A stretch of 64,000 nucleotides of DNA, from assembly GCA_033764015.1 (NCBI GenBank), contig JANRJK010000014.1, positions 1-64,000 of the forward strand, read 5' to 3'. This document shows positions 1 to 9,800 of this stretch, in pieces. The translations under genes were made by a program, and so were the position numbers. The DNA comes from Candidatus Sumerlaeia bacterium (GTDB taxonomy: Bacteria > Sumerlaeota > Sumerlaeia > SLMS01 > JANRJK01). Position 1 is the first letter of the stretch; each line of letters begins with the position of its first letter. The notes beneath the pieces were generated by a model. The model did no database searches, had not been told where the DNA came from, and saw nothing but the letters and a program-made list of their open reading frames with translations.

Positions 1-252
1 CGCCGGCGCCAGCACGCGCCCCCGGGCGCCGGCGGCGAGGCGCGCGTCGATCGCGAGCCCGCGCGCCGCGACCACCGACTGCGCCAGCACGCCGACCCGG
101 TTGGTCGCGTTCGCGACGTCGGCCGGCAGGCCGAGCAGCAGGAGCGCCGGCAGCGTCACCAGCGAGCCGCCACCGGCGAGGGTGTTCACGAACCCGCCCA
201 CGAGGCCGGCCGCGCCCAGCAGTGCCAGCTGGATCCACGACCAGCCCGTCAT
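1..252 (-). CDS. Sulfite exporter TauE/SafE family membrane protein (5' part, runs off window)
   Basis: Manual translation from ATG 252: MTGWSWIQLALLGAAGLVGGFVNTLAGGGSLVTLPALLLLGLPADVANATNRVG; GFVNTLAGGGSL and ANATN are TauE/SafE hallmarks. Not in ORF track. Confidence 0.85.
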   Translation of the reverse strand, partial: MTGWSWIQLALLGAAGLVGGFVNTLAGGGSLVTLPALLLLGLPADVANATNRVGVLAQSVVAARGLAIDARLAAGARGRVLAPA

Positions 253-403
253 CGCGACGCGCTCTAGCGGCGCCGCCGGTCGGGCTCAAGTCCGGACCGG
301 CTCGCACCGATGCCGACCGAGTCGCGACCGCCGTTCAAAGCAGGTCGCCTTTGGGCTAGCTTCGACGGGCGGGCGTTCGCGGCGAGGGAAGGGGAAGCAC
401 GAC

Positions 404-1807
404 ATGGGAGACGACCGGCAGTCCGACGCGATGGTCCTGTTCGGGGCCTCGGGTGATCTCGCGAAGAAGATGACGTTCCCGTCGCTCTACAAGCTCGAGC
501 AGCGCGGCGTGCTGAACGTCCCCGTGGTCGGAGTCGCCTTCTCCGACTGGGACGACGAGCAGATGCGGCAGCACGCGCGCGAGGCGATCGTCGCGGCCGG
601 CGTCGCGCTCGACGAGGGGATCTTCCGCGCACTCGCCGCGCGCATGCGCTTCGTCAAGGGCGACTACGGCGAGGCCTCGACCTTTGAGGCCGTCAAGAGC
701 GCGATCGGCGGTGCGCGCCGGCCGCTGTTCTACCTCGAGATCCCGCCGTCGCTGTTCGAGAAGGTCGTGCTGCAGCTGCACGCCGCGGGGCTCACGCCGG
801 GCTGCCGCGTCGTCATCGAGAAGCCCTTCGGGCACGACCTGCCGTCGGCACGCGCGCTCAACAAGACGCTCCTGACCGTGCTTGCCGAGGAGCAGATCTT
901 CCGCATCGACCACTACATGGGCAAGGACCCGGTCCAGGATCTGCTGGTGTGGCGCTTCGCCAACGACATGTTCGAGCCGATCTGGAACCGCCGCTACGTG
1001 AACAACGTGCAGATCACGATGGCGGAGTCGTTCGGCGTCGAGGACCGCGGCTCGTTCTACGACGCGGTCGGCACGCTGAAGGACGTGGTGCAGAACCACC
1101 TGATGCAGATCCTCGCGCTGCTCGCGATGGATCCTCCGGTGACGACCGGCGCCGAGGCGCTGCACGACGAGCAGACGCGCGTCTTCCGCGCCATCAAGCC
1201 GCTCACGCCGGGCAGCTTCGTGCGCGGCCAGTACCGCGGCTACCTCGACGTGCCGGGCGTCAAGAAGGACTCGCAGACCGAGACCTTCTGTGCGCTCCGG
1301 CTGGAGATCGACTCCTGGCGCTGGGCAGGCGTGCCGTTCTTCATCCGCGCCGGCAAGCGCCTCCCGAAGCGCGCCACGGAGATCGCCATCGTCTTCAAGG
1401 CGCCCCCGCACCAGGTGTTCCAGACCGCCGCGGACGACCACCTGGTCAACACGCTCGTGATGCGCATCCAGCCGGACGAGGGCATCTCGCTCTCCTTCGG
1501 CGCGAAGGTGCCCGGCCTCGCGCGCGAGCTGCGCCCCGTGAAGATGGACTTCCGCTACGGCTCCAGCTTCGGCGTCGCCGTGCCGGAAGCCTACGAGCGC
1601 CTGCTCCTCGACGCCATGGCGGGCGACTCGTCGCTCTTCACCCGCGCGGACGAGATCGAGCTGGCGTGGCGCCTGATGACGGCGGTGCTGGACGGATGGG
1701 CCGCGCAGAAGGCCGCCAAGATCCCCACCCACCCCGCAGGCACCTGGGGCCCGCCCGAGGCGGACGCGCTGCTCGCCGACCTGCCGCATTGCTGGCGGCG
1801 GCTCTAG
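404..1807 (+). CDS. zwf: Glucose-6-phosphate 1-dehydrogenase
   Basis: LFGASGDLAKK dinucleotide motif, EKPFG, RIDHYMGK, DVVQNH, WAGVPFFIRAGK, AYERLL; start moved to ATG 404 after a purine-rich RBS. Confidence 0.96.
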   Translation: MGDDRQSDAMVLFGASGDLAKKMTFPSLYKLEQRGVLNVPVVGVAFSDWDDEQMRQHAREAIVAAGVALDEGIFRALAARMRFVKGDYGEASTFEAVKSAIGGARRPLFYLEIPPSLFEKVVLQLHAAGLTPGCRVVIEKPFGHDLPSARALNKTLLTVLAEEQIFRIDHYMGKDPVQDLLVWRFANDMFEPIWNRRYVNNVQITMAESFGVEDRGSFYDAVGTLKDVVQNHLMQILALLAMDPPVTTGAEALHDEQTRVFRAIKPLTPGSFVRGQYRGYLDVPGVKKDSQTETFCALRLEIDSWRWAGVPFFIRAGKRLPKRATEIAIVFKAPPHQVFQTAADDHLVNTLVMRIQPDEGISLSFGAKVPGLARELRPVKMDFRYGSSFGVAVPEAYERLLLDAMAGDSSLFTRADEIELAWRLMTAVLDGWAAQKAAKIPTHPAGTWGPPEADALLADLPHCWRRL

Positions 1808-1887
1808 CGGGCCCGACGCCAATGCCCGCCGATCCCGACCGCTATTGGCCCAACCGCGGCCAACGGGGGGGGCGGAGACCGGAAGTG

Positions 1888-1995
1888 ATGCCGAGACCCA
1901 TCGTATACCTGCCGCTCCTCGAGGCGCTCGCCCGCGAAGGGGTGCGCGTGATCCTCATCGGAGGCGTCGCGGCGCAGGCGCACGGACCAGGCTAA
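1888..1995 (+). pseudogene. Truncated nucleotidyltransferase-like N-terminal fragment (35 aa)
   Basis: MPRPIVYLPLLEALAREGVRVILIGGVAAQAHGPG* resembles the L..L....v.liGG.A..ahG start of minimal nucleotidyltransferases; it stops before the DxD motif, overlapping the stop of the convergent gene. Confidence 0.55.
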
Positions 1996-4223
1996 GGCCG
2001 CCCGCCGAGCCGTTCCTCGACGATGCGCGCCATCGGCACCGCGAGGTCGCCATCGCTCTGTGGCCGCAAATGGTTTGCTATCGCATTGTCCAGCTCTCTG
2101 CGCGCTCCCGCCGCATCGCCGCCGAGGTGCATGGAGTAGGCGCGGGCGACGTGGAGGACCCCGACCAAGCTCGGTTCCTGCTGTCGCTCCATCCGCTTCA
2201 AGAGCGCCTCGAACTTACCGCGCTCGTCGGCGGCGAGGTATGCCATCGCCATTGTGTCCCAGCCGATGCCGATCGTTGGGTGGGCCACGAGTTCGTCGAT
2301 TTGCTTCAGGCCAAGTGCGGCGTCCTTGCCGTCGATGATGTGGGCGATTGCGGCGAGGGCGAGGATGTCGCCCTCGATCAGGGGATCCATCTTGGTGGCC
2401 CAGTCATCCCCCGCCTCCTTACGGTCGGTGACGTGGGCGGTGACTGTAGCCACTCCGGCCCAATCGCCGGTTTCCGCAAGTGCCCGCGCGAGGTATTGCA
2501 ACGGCTGCGACTTGCCATAGAAGAAGGGCCAGCCGTTGCGCTTGATGAGATCGGGGTCCCTTTCGTAAGCCTCGACCGCGAGGGCGAGGTCGCGTGTGTA
2601 GTACGCGAAGGTGACGCAGAACCCATCGGTCCACCAGGCGGGCTCCTCGCGCAGGCGCTTCTTGTTCTTCGCGAGGACGCCATCGACCCAAGGCCACGCC
2701 GCCCGCATGCGGTCGAGGTCTTGGGGACTGAAAGCACCCGGGCTGTCGTTGATGAGGTAGGCCTCGAGCGCGAAGTACCGCATCGGGAGAAACAGCATGT
2801 CCACGCTCCCGGCGGACTCATCGAGCATCCGGTGCAGGAACGGCCCCGCCAATACCGGGTTGGCGGACCAGCGGGGCCGGTGCTTGTCCATCATCGACTG
2901 CCACACACCAAATGCGTGCGGGTAGTTCGCAACGCAGCGGTTGAACTCGGGCATCGAGGCGAAGGGATACGTGAAGAGCGAGGTCGCCGTGATGTACTCC
3001 TCGACCACCCAGGGAACGGCGATGCCGTCGTCGATCGCGGCCTTCAGCAGCCGCCCGCCTTCCGGCGCCAGCTTCTCCATCTTCTCGATGCCGAGGTCGG
3101 TCACCTCGTCGATGAAGCCGCCCCCGCGGTACTGGTAGGCGCATTCCACGAACGCGGAACCCAGCCACGCGGTCTGCTGGGGCGTCTTGGCGGAGTGGTC
3201 GTACCACTTCTTCGCCATCAGGAGCCGGGCCTCGTCCATGGTTCCGGTGAACCGGTCGCCGGGGTACGGCATATGGCGGGACCACGAGCCGTTGTTGGGC
3301 ATCGCGGCGACAAGGTGCTGGAGCACCTCGAGTTGGAGCGGGCGCAACTCCTCCGACTCCCCGAGGGATGTCATGAGCGGGTACCACTCGTAAGGCAGCG
3401 CTCCGGGTCCGGGCACCTTGAGCTGGAACTGGGTGACCGCCGTCACCGGGTCCTCGTAGCCTGCCATGCCGGGGGCGAGGAGCTGGACGAGCAGCGAGTC
3501 CGGGTACTTCTTCGCCACTTCGGCGACGATCTCGGCGCGGCGCGGCTTCGACTCGACGCCTTCGAGCGCCTTCGAGATCTCGCGGGAGTACGTCGAATAC
3601 GCCGTGTCGGCCAGGATGGCCTCCGTGCCGGGATGGCCGTCGAGCCCTTGCGAGCGGAAGATGTCCGCAGCGAGCCCGGCGCTCATGTTCAGTAGCGCCT
3701 CCGTGTCGGCGACGTGCTCGAACTCCAGCTCTTTCCCGTCGGCTGTCTTGAGCGTGGCCTTAACCAAGCGCTTATTGTCGTCCGGTCCCGGGGCCACGAC
3801 GCCGTACACCCAGTGGGTGGCGCCGTAGAAACGCGCCAATTCGCCGTGGATACCCTCCTTCGGGAACACCCGCCCCTGCGTGTGGTAAGGCGCCGTGTCC
3901 GTCAAGTCCTTGAGGCTATGGGTGATGAACACGGTCCCCACGCCGGACGGCGCCGCCACCTGCACCAGGGAGTGCAGGCTTTCGGCGAACGCCACCGTGT
4001 CGCGCGTCGTCCCTCCGTCCGGCGCCACGAACGGGAATACCGCAATGATCGCGCGCACCTCCGGCGCCGGTGCGTCCCAGGGATCGTCCGCCGGTAGCTT
4101 GGGGAAGACAGCCCGGACCCGAGCCTCCAAATCGCTGGGCGGCGCCGCGGCGCGCTTGTGCTGGACATTGCTTTCGCAGGCGAGGGCGAAGATCGCCGCG
4201 AGGAGGAGCGGGAAGGGACGCAT
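1992..4223 (-). CDS. Lipoprotein with DUF4034-like and TPR-like helical regions
   Basis: Lipobox-like MRPFPLLLAAIFALAC; AYQYRGGGFIDEV and HRPRWSA resemble DUF4034 motifs; helical repeat C-terminus. Confidence 0.55.
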   Translation of the reverse strand: MRPFPLLLAAIFALACESNVQHKRAAAPPSDLEARVRAVFPKLPADDPWDAPAPEVRAIIAVFPFVAPDGGTTRDTVAFAESLHSLVQVAAPSGVGTVFITHSLKDLTDTAPYHTQGRVFPKEGIHGELARFYGATHWVYGVVAPGPDDNKRLVKATLKTADGKELEFEHVADTEALLNMSAGLAADIFRSQGLDGHPGTEAILADTAYSTYSREISKALEGVESKPRRAEIVAEVAKKYPDSLLVQLLAPGMAGYEDPVTAVTQFQLKVPGPGALPYEWYPLMTSLGESEELRPLQLEVLQHLVAAMPNNGSWSRHMPYPGDRFTGTMDEARLLMAKKWYDHSAKTPQQTAWLGSAFVECAYQYRGGGFIDEVTDLGIEKMEKLAPEGGRLLKAAIDDGIAVPWVVEEYITATSLFTYPFASMPEFNRCVANYPHAFGVWQSMMDKHRPRWSANPVLAGPFLHRMLDESAGSVDMLFLPMRYFALEAYLINDSPGAFSPQDLDRMRAAWPWVDGVLAKNKKRLREEPAWWTDGFCVTFAYYTRDLALAVEAYERDPDLIKRNGWPFFYGKSQPLQYLARALAETGDWAGVATVTAHVTDRKEAGDDWATKMDPLIEGDILALAAIAHIIDGKDAALGLKQIDELVAHPTIGIGWDTMAMAYLAADERGKFEALLKRMERQQEPSLVGVLHVARAYSMHLGGDAAGARRELDNAIANHLRPQSDGDLAVPMARIVEERLGGRP

Positions 4224-4301
4224 GAGGAGACTCCCGGCAGACCAAGATGGATAAAGATTGACGAATACCCGGATGCTCGTCAAGCTGTTCGGGAAGCGCC
4301 C

Positions 4302-5285
4302 CTACAGCACCCCCGCCAGCGCGTGGCCCCAGATGCCGCGCGGCGCTCCGGGATCGGGCGCAATTTCGAGCGTGGGGGCACCGGAGCCCAGATGGGTGAG
4401 GAGGCGGACCTCCGCGCCGGGGAAGAGCCGCCGCAGCCCTTCGCGCGCGGCGGCGGGATCGGGCACCTCCCATCGGTGGCAGAGGTCGGTAAACGCCGCG
4501 TGGGCGTCCTTCGGCGAGGTCTCCCCGCCCGGGTCCGCATCAAGGGAGCCTGCGAGGAACTTGCCGGCAGTGGTCTCGCCAATGCAATTGGCGATGAACT
4601 CAAGGTAGCTCTCCGCGTCCGGGTGGTCCAGGCCCCACGCGTGGAACGCGCAGTCGATTGCGGCAATCACGCGCGAGCCGTCCGGGACGGTGTCGGTGTC
4701 GGCGTGGGGGGCCAGCGCGCCGGACTGCGTGGCGATGATCCAGTCGCCTCCCCAGCGGGCGTGGAGCGCCTGCAGGAGGGCTGTCAGCTCCGGGTACTCC
4801 TTCTCGCCGGGCCACCAGCTGCGCTTCACCGGGGCCCAGTAGACCTCGTGGAGGACGACAAGGTTCGCCGAGGCGCGCAGCTCGGCGGCGAGGCCGCGCA
4901 GGTGTCCCGGCGCCGGCGGGTCCCCGCCGGCAGCTACGGCGGAGGCGTGGCGCAGGAGCGTCCGCTCCCCCTCGCACCAGCGGCGGAAGTACTCGAGGTA
5001 GTGGTGGTGGTAGTGGACCTTGCTGGTAGCCGGGGAGAAGGGACCGCCAGTCGCATCACCCCAACATGAGGCGCCAAAGAGCGGTCGGTCCGGCTTCGCG
5101 AGGCCCGGCGCGCGCGCGGCGAGGTCCGGGACGGGTCCGGCGGCGGCGCGGCGGAGCGCCGCCAGCTCGTCGGAAATCCGCTCCGCGGGTGGCGCCGCGG
5201 AATTGCCGCATCCCGCCGCCCAGCCGAGGGGCGCGAGCGCGGCAAGGCGGAGGAACTCGCGCCGGTGGATGTCACGACTCATCAC
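4302..5285 (-). CDS. Hypothetical Tat-exported lipoprotein
   Basis: IHRREFLRLAALAPLGWAAGC is a twin-arginine signal plus lipobox Cys; start overlaps the upstream stop. Confidence 0.6.
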   Translation of the reverse strand: MMSRDIHRREFLRLAALAPLGWAAGCGNSAAPPAERISDELAALRRAAAGPVPDLAARAPGLAKPDRPLFGASCWGDATGGPFSPATSKVHYHHHYLEYFRRWCEGERTLLRHASAVAAGGDPPAPGHLRGLAAELRASANLVVLHEVYWAPVKRSWWPGEKEYPELTALLQALHARWGGDWIIATQSGALAPHADTDTVPDGSRVIAAIDCAFHAWGLDHPDAESYLEFIANCIGETTAGKFLAGSLDADPGGETSPKDAHAAFTDLCHRWEVPDPAAAREGLRRLFPGAEVRLLTHLGSGAPTLEIAPDPGAPRGIWGHALAGVL

Positions 5286-5971
5286 TTCAACCGCCAGATG
5301 TCACCTGACGAGTGCACGCCGTTCGTCGGGTCGTAGGTGTAGGCGCCGCGGGTGGAGGCTCCGGTGAGGAGCGTGGTGGTCGGTTGGGGCACCCAGGATG
5401 AGTAGAGCCCTTCCACGGTTTCTGTTGGGACCTGGCTTCTGTCGGGTGCGGTGACGAATCCGGCGAAGCGTCCCGGAGTGCTCCAGTGCAATTGGCCGCC
5501 CTGCTCAAGGTCCTCGTCCGGTCCGTAGGAACCGATGATCCAACCCGAGCTGTCGCGGTAGAATGCGAAGGTGGTCCGGTGCGTTCCCGAGAACATGTCC
5601 ACCGGGTATCCTTCCATGTAGCCGATGGGCGTGGTGAGGGTCATCAAGCCGGTCGTGTGGCGGAGGCGGAAACCCCGCGGCAACGCAACTCTTTCGGGAA
5701 TGCGGTCACCGTTTACCGAGAGCGACCGATCCAAGGTCATTGCCGGGTACTGCATGTTGTCGATGTAGTAGCTCTCTAGGGCCACCGCGACCTCCGCCAT
5801 CTGGCTGAGAGTCGCGGCGTGCGCAGACCTTACCGCCGCCTCGCTGAGGCGTCGCCAGAACGCGGCGGTCGCTAGAATCAGCACGGCGGCGACGACCGCG
5901 GCGGTGCGCGCGGAGAGCGGCAGCCAGCGGTCGAGGCGCTCGCGGGGGCTGTCGGGAGGCGGGGCGTTCAC
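5282..5971 (-). CDS. GspG-like pseudopilin derivative lacking the canonical prepilin cleavage site
   Basis: GTG 5971; ALESYYIDNMQYP, LTTPIGY, SYGPD and YDPTNGVHSSGDIWR match the 62395 pilin, but there is no (G/A)|FTLIE N-terminus. Confidence 0.8.
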   Translation of the reverse strand: MNAPPPDSPRERLDRWLPLSARTAAVVAAVLILATAAFWRRLSEAAVRSAHAATLSQMAEVAVALESYYIDNMQYPAMTLDRSLSVNGDRIPERVALPRGFRLRHTTGLMTLTTPIGYMEGYPVDMFSGTHRTTFAFYRDSSGWIIGSYGPDEDLEQGGQLHWSTPGRFAGFVTAPDRSQVPTETVEGLYSSWVPQPTTTLLTGASTRGAYTYDPTNGVHSSGDIWRLK

Positions 5972-6776
5972 GCGGTCGCCTCCGCGGGGCCGCGGCGCTC
6001 GGCGAGCTCGGTGGCGAAGCGGTCGATCCAGCGTCCCGCCCGCGGGGCGACGAAGGCGGCGAGGGCGAGCTGCGCGACGATCACGCCGGCGAGGGCGAGT
6101 TCGAGGAACCGCTCGCGGCCGGCCGGGGTCTTCCAGATGCCGCTGATCAGCACCGCGGTGGCTGGCTGGAGGAGGAGCCAAACCCCAACCATGATGAGCA
6201 CCTTCGCCATGGATCGGTAGCGCGCGCAAAGCGCGATGACCACCCGCGTGTTGGCGGCGGCGGCGGCGATGGTGGCGATCGTCAGCAGCATCAGCCAAGG
6301 CGGAACAATCGCGGGGAATTGGTACAGGACCCCGGGGTGTGCGGCGACGGTAGAGGGGACGGCGAGGAACGCCCCGGCGGCGAGCGGCCCCACCCCGGCG
6401 GCGATTCCCAGCTCGAGTGGCGGAAGCGCCAGCGCGCGTACTGCGACGGGCGCGTGGGGGTCGTCACCAGATCGGCGAGCATCGCCAGCCGCGCCGGGGT
6501 CCGCCACCACGCGAGCACGGGCAGGGCGGCCACGACCGCGGCGGCGACCGACGGCATGGCGAACGCAGGCGCCATAGCGAGCTCCTCGGTCGCGGCCCGG
6601 GCCGCGGCGAGACGGATGGTCCACGCCATCGCATTGGCCTGCGGGCCGCTCCCCGCGCCGCGTGCCGCGAGCCATTACTCAACCGCCGCCACGGAAGCCA
6701 GCGCGGTCGCCCCGCAGGCGATCAGGAACCACCGCCGCTGGTCCGCCAACTCGCTGGGTTCCGCATCTCCTGCCAC
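5968..6776 (-). pseudogene. Disrupted multi-TM membrane protein (ABC-2 permease-like)
   Basis: GTG 6776 with AGGGAG RBS; in-frame TAA at 6675-6677 (ASVAAVE*WLAARG); apparent 1-nt frameshift near 6417-6425 (YARWRFR / LELGIAAG). Confidence 0.6.
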
Positions 6777-6807
6777 GATTTCGCTCCCTGCTTTTCGGAT
6801 GCTGTGC

Positions 6808-9800
6808 CTAGTAGACCTTCCAGCCCTCCACACGCGAGTCCGAAGTGACCACCACCGTCGCCGGGGCGGCGACCGGCGCCGCAGGTTCCTTGATCCAGAG
6901 CGTCGTTCCGTCGTGGAACCACGCGCGCGGGGCGGCGTCGTAGGCGGACTGGTCCGCCGCCTCCGGCGTGACCACCGCGTTCCATTCGACCGACTGCGGC
7001 GGGGCGACGTCCGGGAGTTGCAGCTCGAACTCGCGGTTGGCGGGCATCCCGGCGTAGCCGCCGACGGCGCCGCCGAGCGTCACTGTGATGTCGTCCTGCG
7101 CGTCGCGCGCGGCGGTGAAGTGCGTCGTCGCGGAATCCGTCCCGAGGTAGCCGGTCGAGAGGCCGTCGTCCTCGTAGAGCGTGAACTCCGCGGAGGCGGC
7201 CCCCGCGGCGGGCAGCGTGACGAGGAGCGTGACGCTCCCCAGCGCCGCGGCGTCGGTGCGGTTCGACTCTGGCCCGAGCGGGATGATCGACGGCGTGCGG
7301 ACGAAGAGCGGGAAGCGCTCGAGCGCGAACGGGTAGTCTAGGGCGAGGGTCGGGCCGGTGGTGCGCTGGCCGGTGTACCAGTCGCGCCACTCCCCCGGCG
7401 GGAAGTCGATCCAGCCCTCGGTTTCGCCCGAGATCGTGACGGGGCGCGCCATCAGGTTCGGGCCGACGAGGTACTGGCGCTGGTTGTTGGCGAACTGTGT
7501 TTCCGCGGGCCACTCGAGGATGAGGGGGCGCATGAAGGGAACGCCGGTGTCGTGCGTCTCGCGCGCGGCGCTGTAGAAGTACGGCACCATGCGGTAGCGG
7601 AGCTTGAGCAGGTCGCGGACGATGCCTTCCGCCTGCGCGCCGAAGCGCCACGGCTCGCGGTCGGAGAACGAACCGTGCGGACGGTAGAGCGGGTTGGTGA
7701 AGCCGAACTGGCACCAGCGGACGTAGAGCTCCGCGGAGGGCGTGCCGTTGAAGCCGCCGATGTCGGAGTTGAACCACGGGTGGCCCGCCATGCCGAGGCT
7801 GAGGCCGAGCGCCACTTGCCGGTAGAGGTGGTACCAGTCGGCGTTGACGTCGCCGCTCCAGAGGCCGGCGCCGTACTTCTGCGAACCCGCGTAGGCGGAG
7901 CGGCTCATAATGAACGGGCGCTTGCCGGGCGCGTGGGCCTCCACGGCCTCCGCCAGCGCGCGGTTCATCAGCAGCGCCTGGACGTTGTGGACCTGCGGCG
8001 AGGGGCCGTCGTGGAAGACCATCGAGTCTTCCTTCCCCTCCGGCTCGTTCAGGTCCTGCCAGAAGCCGTCGAACTGGTAGTCCTTGATGAGGGTCTCGTG
8101 CTTGTCGATCCACCACGCGCGGGTGTCGGGGTTGGTGAAGTCGAGCACGTAGACCGGCGCCGAGTTGGTGATCCACCCGAGCGTGTAAAGGTCGTAGGGA
8201 GTCGAGCCGTCCGTGGTGCCGACGAGGCCCTGCGCGAGCGCGTCGGCGGCGTTGAACGAGAGGCCGCTCATCTGCGGCTCGGTGATGGGGATCGTCTTGA
8301 TGCCGCGGGCGCGGATCGCGGCGAGCGACGAAACCGGGTTGGACCAGTTGGAGGTCGCCTGGAAATCGAGGTTCCCCATGGTCTCGCGGCCGAACCAGTC
8401 GAGGTCCAGGACCACGGCGTCCAAGGGGATGTCGCGCGTGTCGAAGCCGTCGATGATCGACTGCACTTCGGCGAAGCTCTGGTAGCCGTACTTCGACTGG
8501 ACGTTGCCGAAGGTCCAGCGCGGTGGCAGCGCAGCGCGCCCGGTGACTTCCGCGTAGGAGCCGAGGACCTCCTTCATCGTGTCCTGGATGAACACGTAGT
8601 AGCTGAGCTCGCCGTGCGCGGTCGAGTAGTCCGCGCGCCCGGCGGCGGCGGTTCCGAAGGCGATGTCGCCGTTCGCCGGGTTGTCGACGAAGACGCCGTA
8701 GCCGGCGCTGCTCGTCCAGAATGGGTAGATCAGGTAGGACGGCGCCTGGTGGTGGTTGCGGATCTGGAAGGAGCGCCCGTCGCGGTCGAGGCCGGTGCCG
8801 TTGTCCCAGAGCGAGTGCAGCCCGAGGCCGTAGATCGACTCGGCGGTGTCGTAGGCGAAGGAAAGCGTGCGGCTCTCGTTGTAGGCGGTGGCGGGCTGCG
8901 CGGCGTCCTCGCGGAAGAGCGTCGTCCCGTCGGGGCGCTTGAACACGAGGCGGACCGGGGCGGTCTCGACGTCGATGCGCCAGCCGTCGCCCTCGACGAT
9001 GTAGGGATCGCCGGGCGTGACGGTCAGCGTCGGCACCGGCCACGCGGTCCGCGTCACCGCGTAGGAGGCGGGCATGGCGAAGGTGCCGTCCGGGCTGAAG
9101 TCGACGCGCGCGGTGCCCTCGACGCGGGGCGTGATGCGGAGCGCGGCGGCGCCGGAGGTGAAGACCACCGAGTCCGGCTGGACGTTGACACTGTCAAGCA
9201 TACCCATCCGGACCGGCGCGGGGGGCGTGGGCGCGCCGGTGTGCCAGCTGCGCGCGAAGTCCGCCGCGCTGTGCGGGTAGGCGGGCTCGCCGATGGAGAA
9301 GTAGTCGACGTCCCAGTTGTAGCCGTTGGCGAAGGAGAAGCCGATGAGCTCCACGCGGTCGCCGAACGGAAGCCAGTTGGTCTCGTTGTGCAGGAAGGAG
9401 GCGGCGATGTTGGCGAAGGCGGGATCGGTCGCGATGTCGATCGAGATGAACACCGAGATGAATCCAGTGACGCGTCCGCGGATGTAGTACAGGTCGCCCT
9501 CGTTGATGGAGACGGGCACCGGGGGCGTCAGATCGGAGTAGCCGCCGCCCTGCCGGCGCAGCCGCATCAGGTCCTGGCCCGAGTCGATGGTGAGCAGGTA
9601 GCCCTCGGCGCCGTTGGAGCGGAAGGCGATCTCGAAGTTCTCCTCGCCGGTCGAGCCCGGCACCTGCTGGAGCCGAACCGCGGCGTGGAAATCGTATGCG
9701 TAGATCGGGAAGTCCGGCGTGATGTCGCGCGTGGAGAGGCGCGAGAAGTACTGCCCGCCGAGGCCGAGGCGGGCGGCGCCCTGCTCCGCCGGCGCGACGG

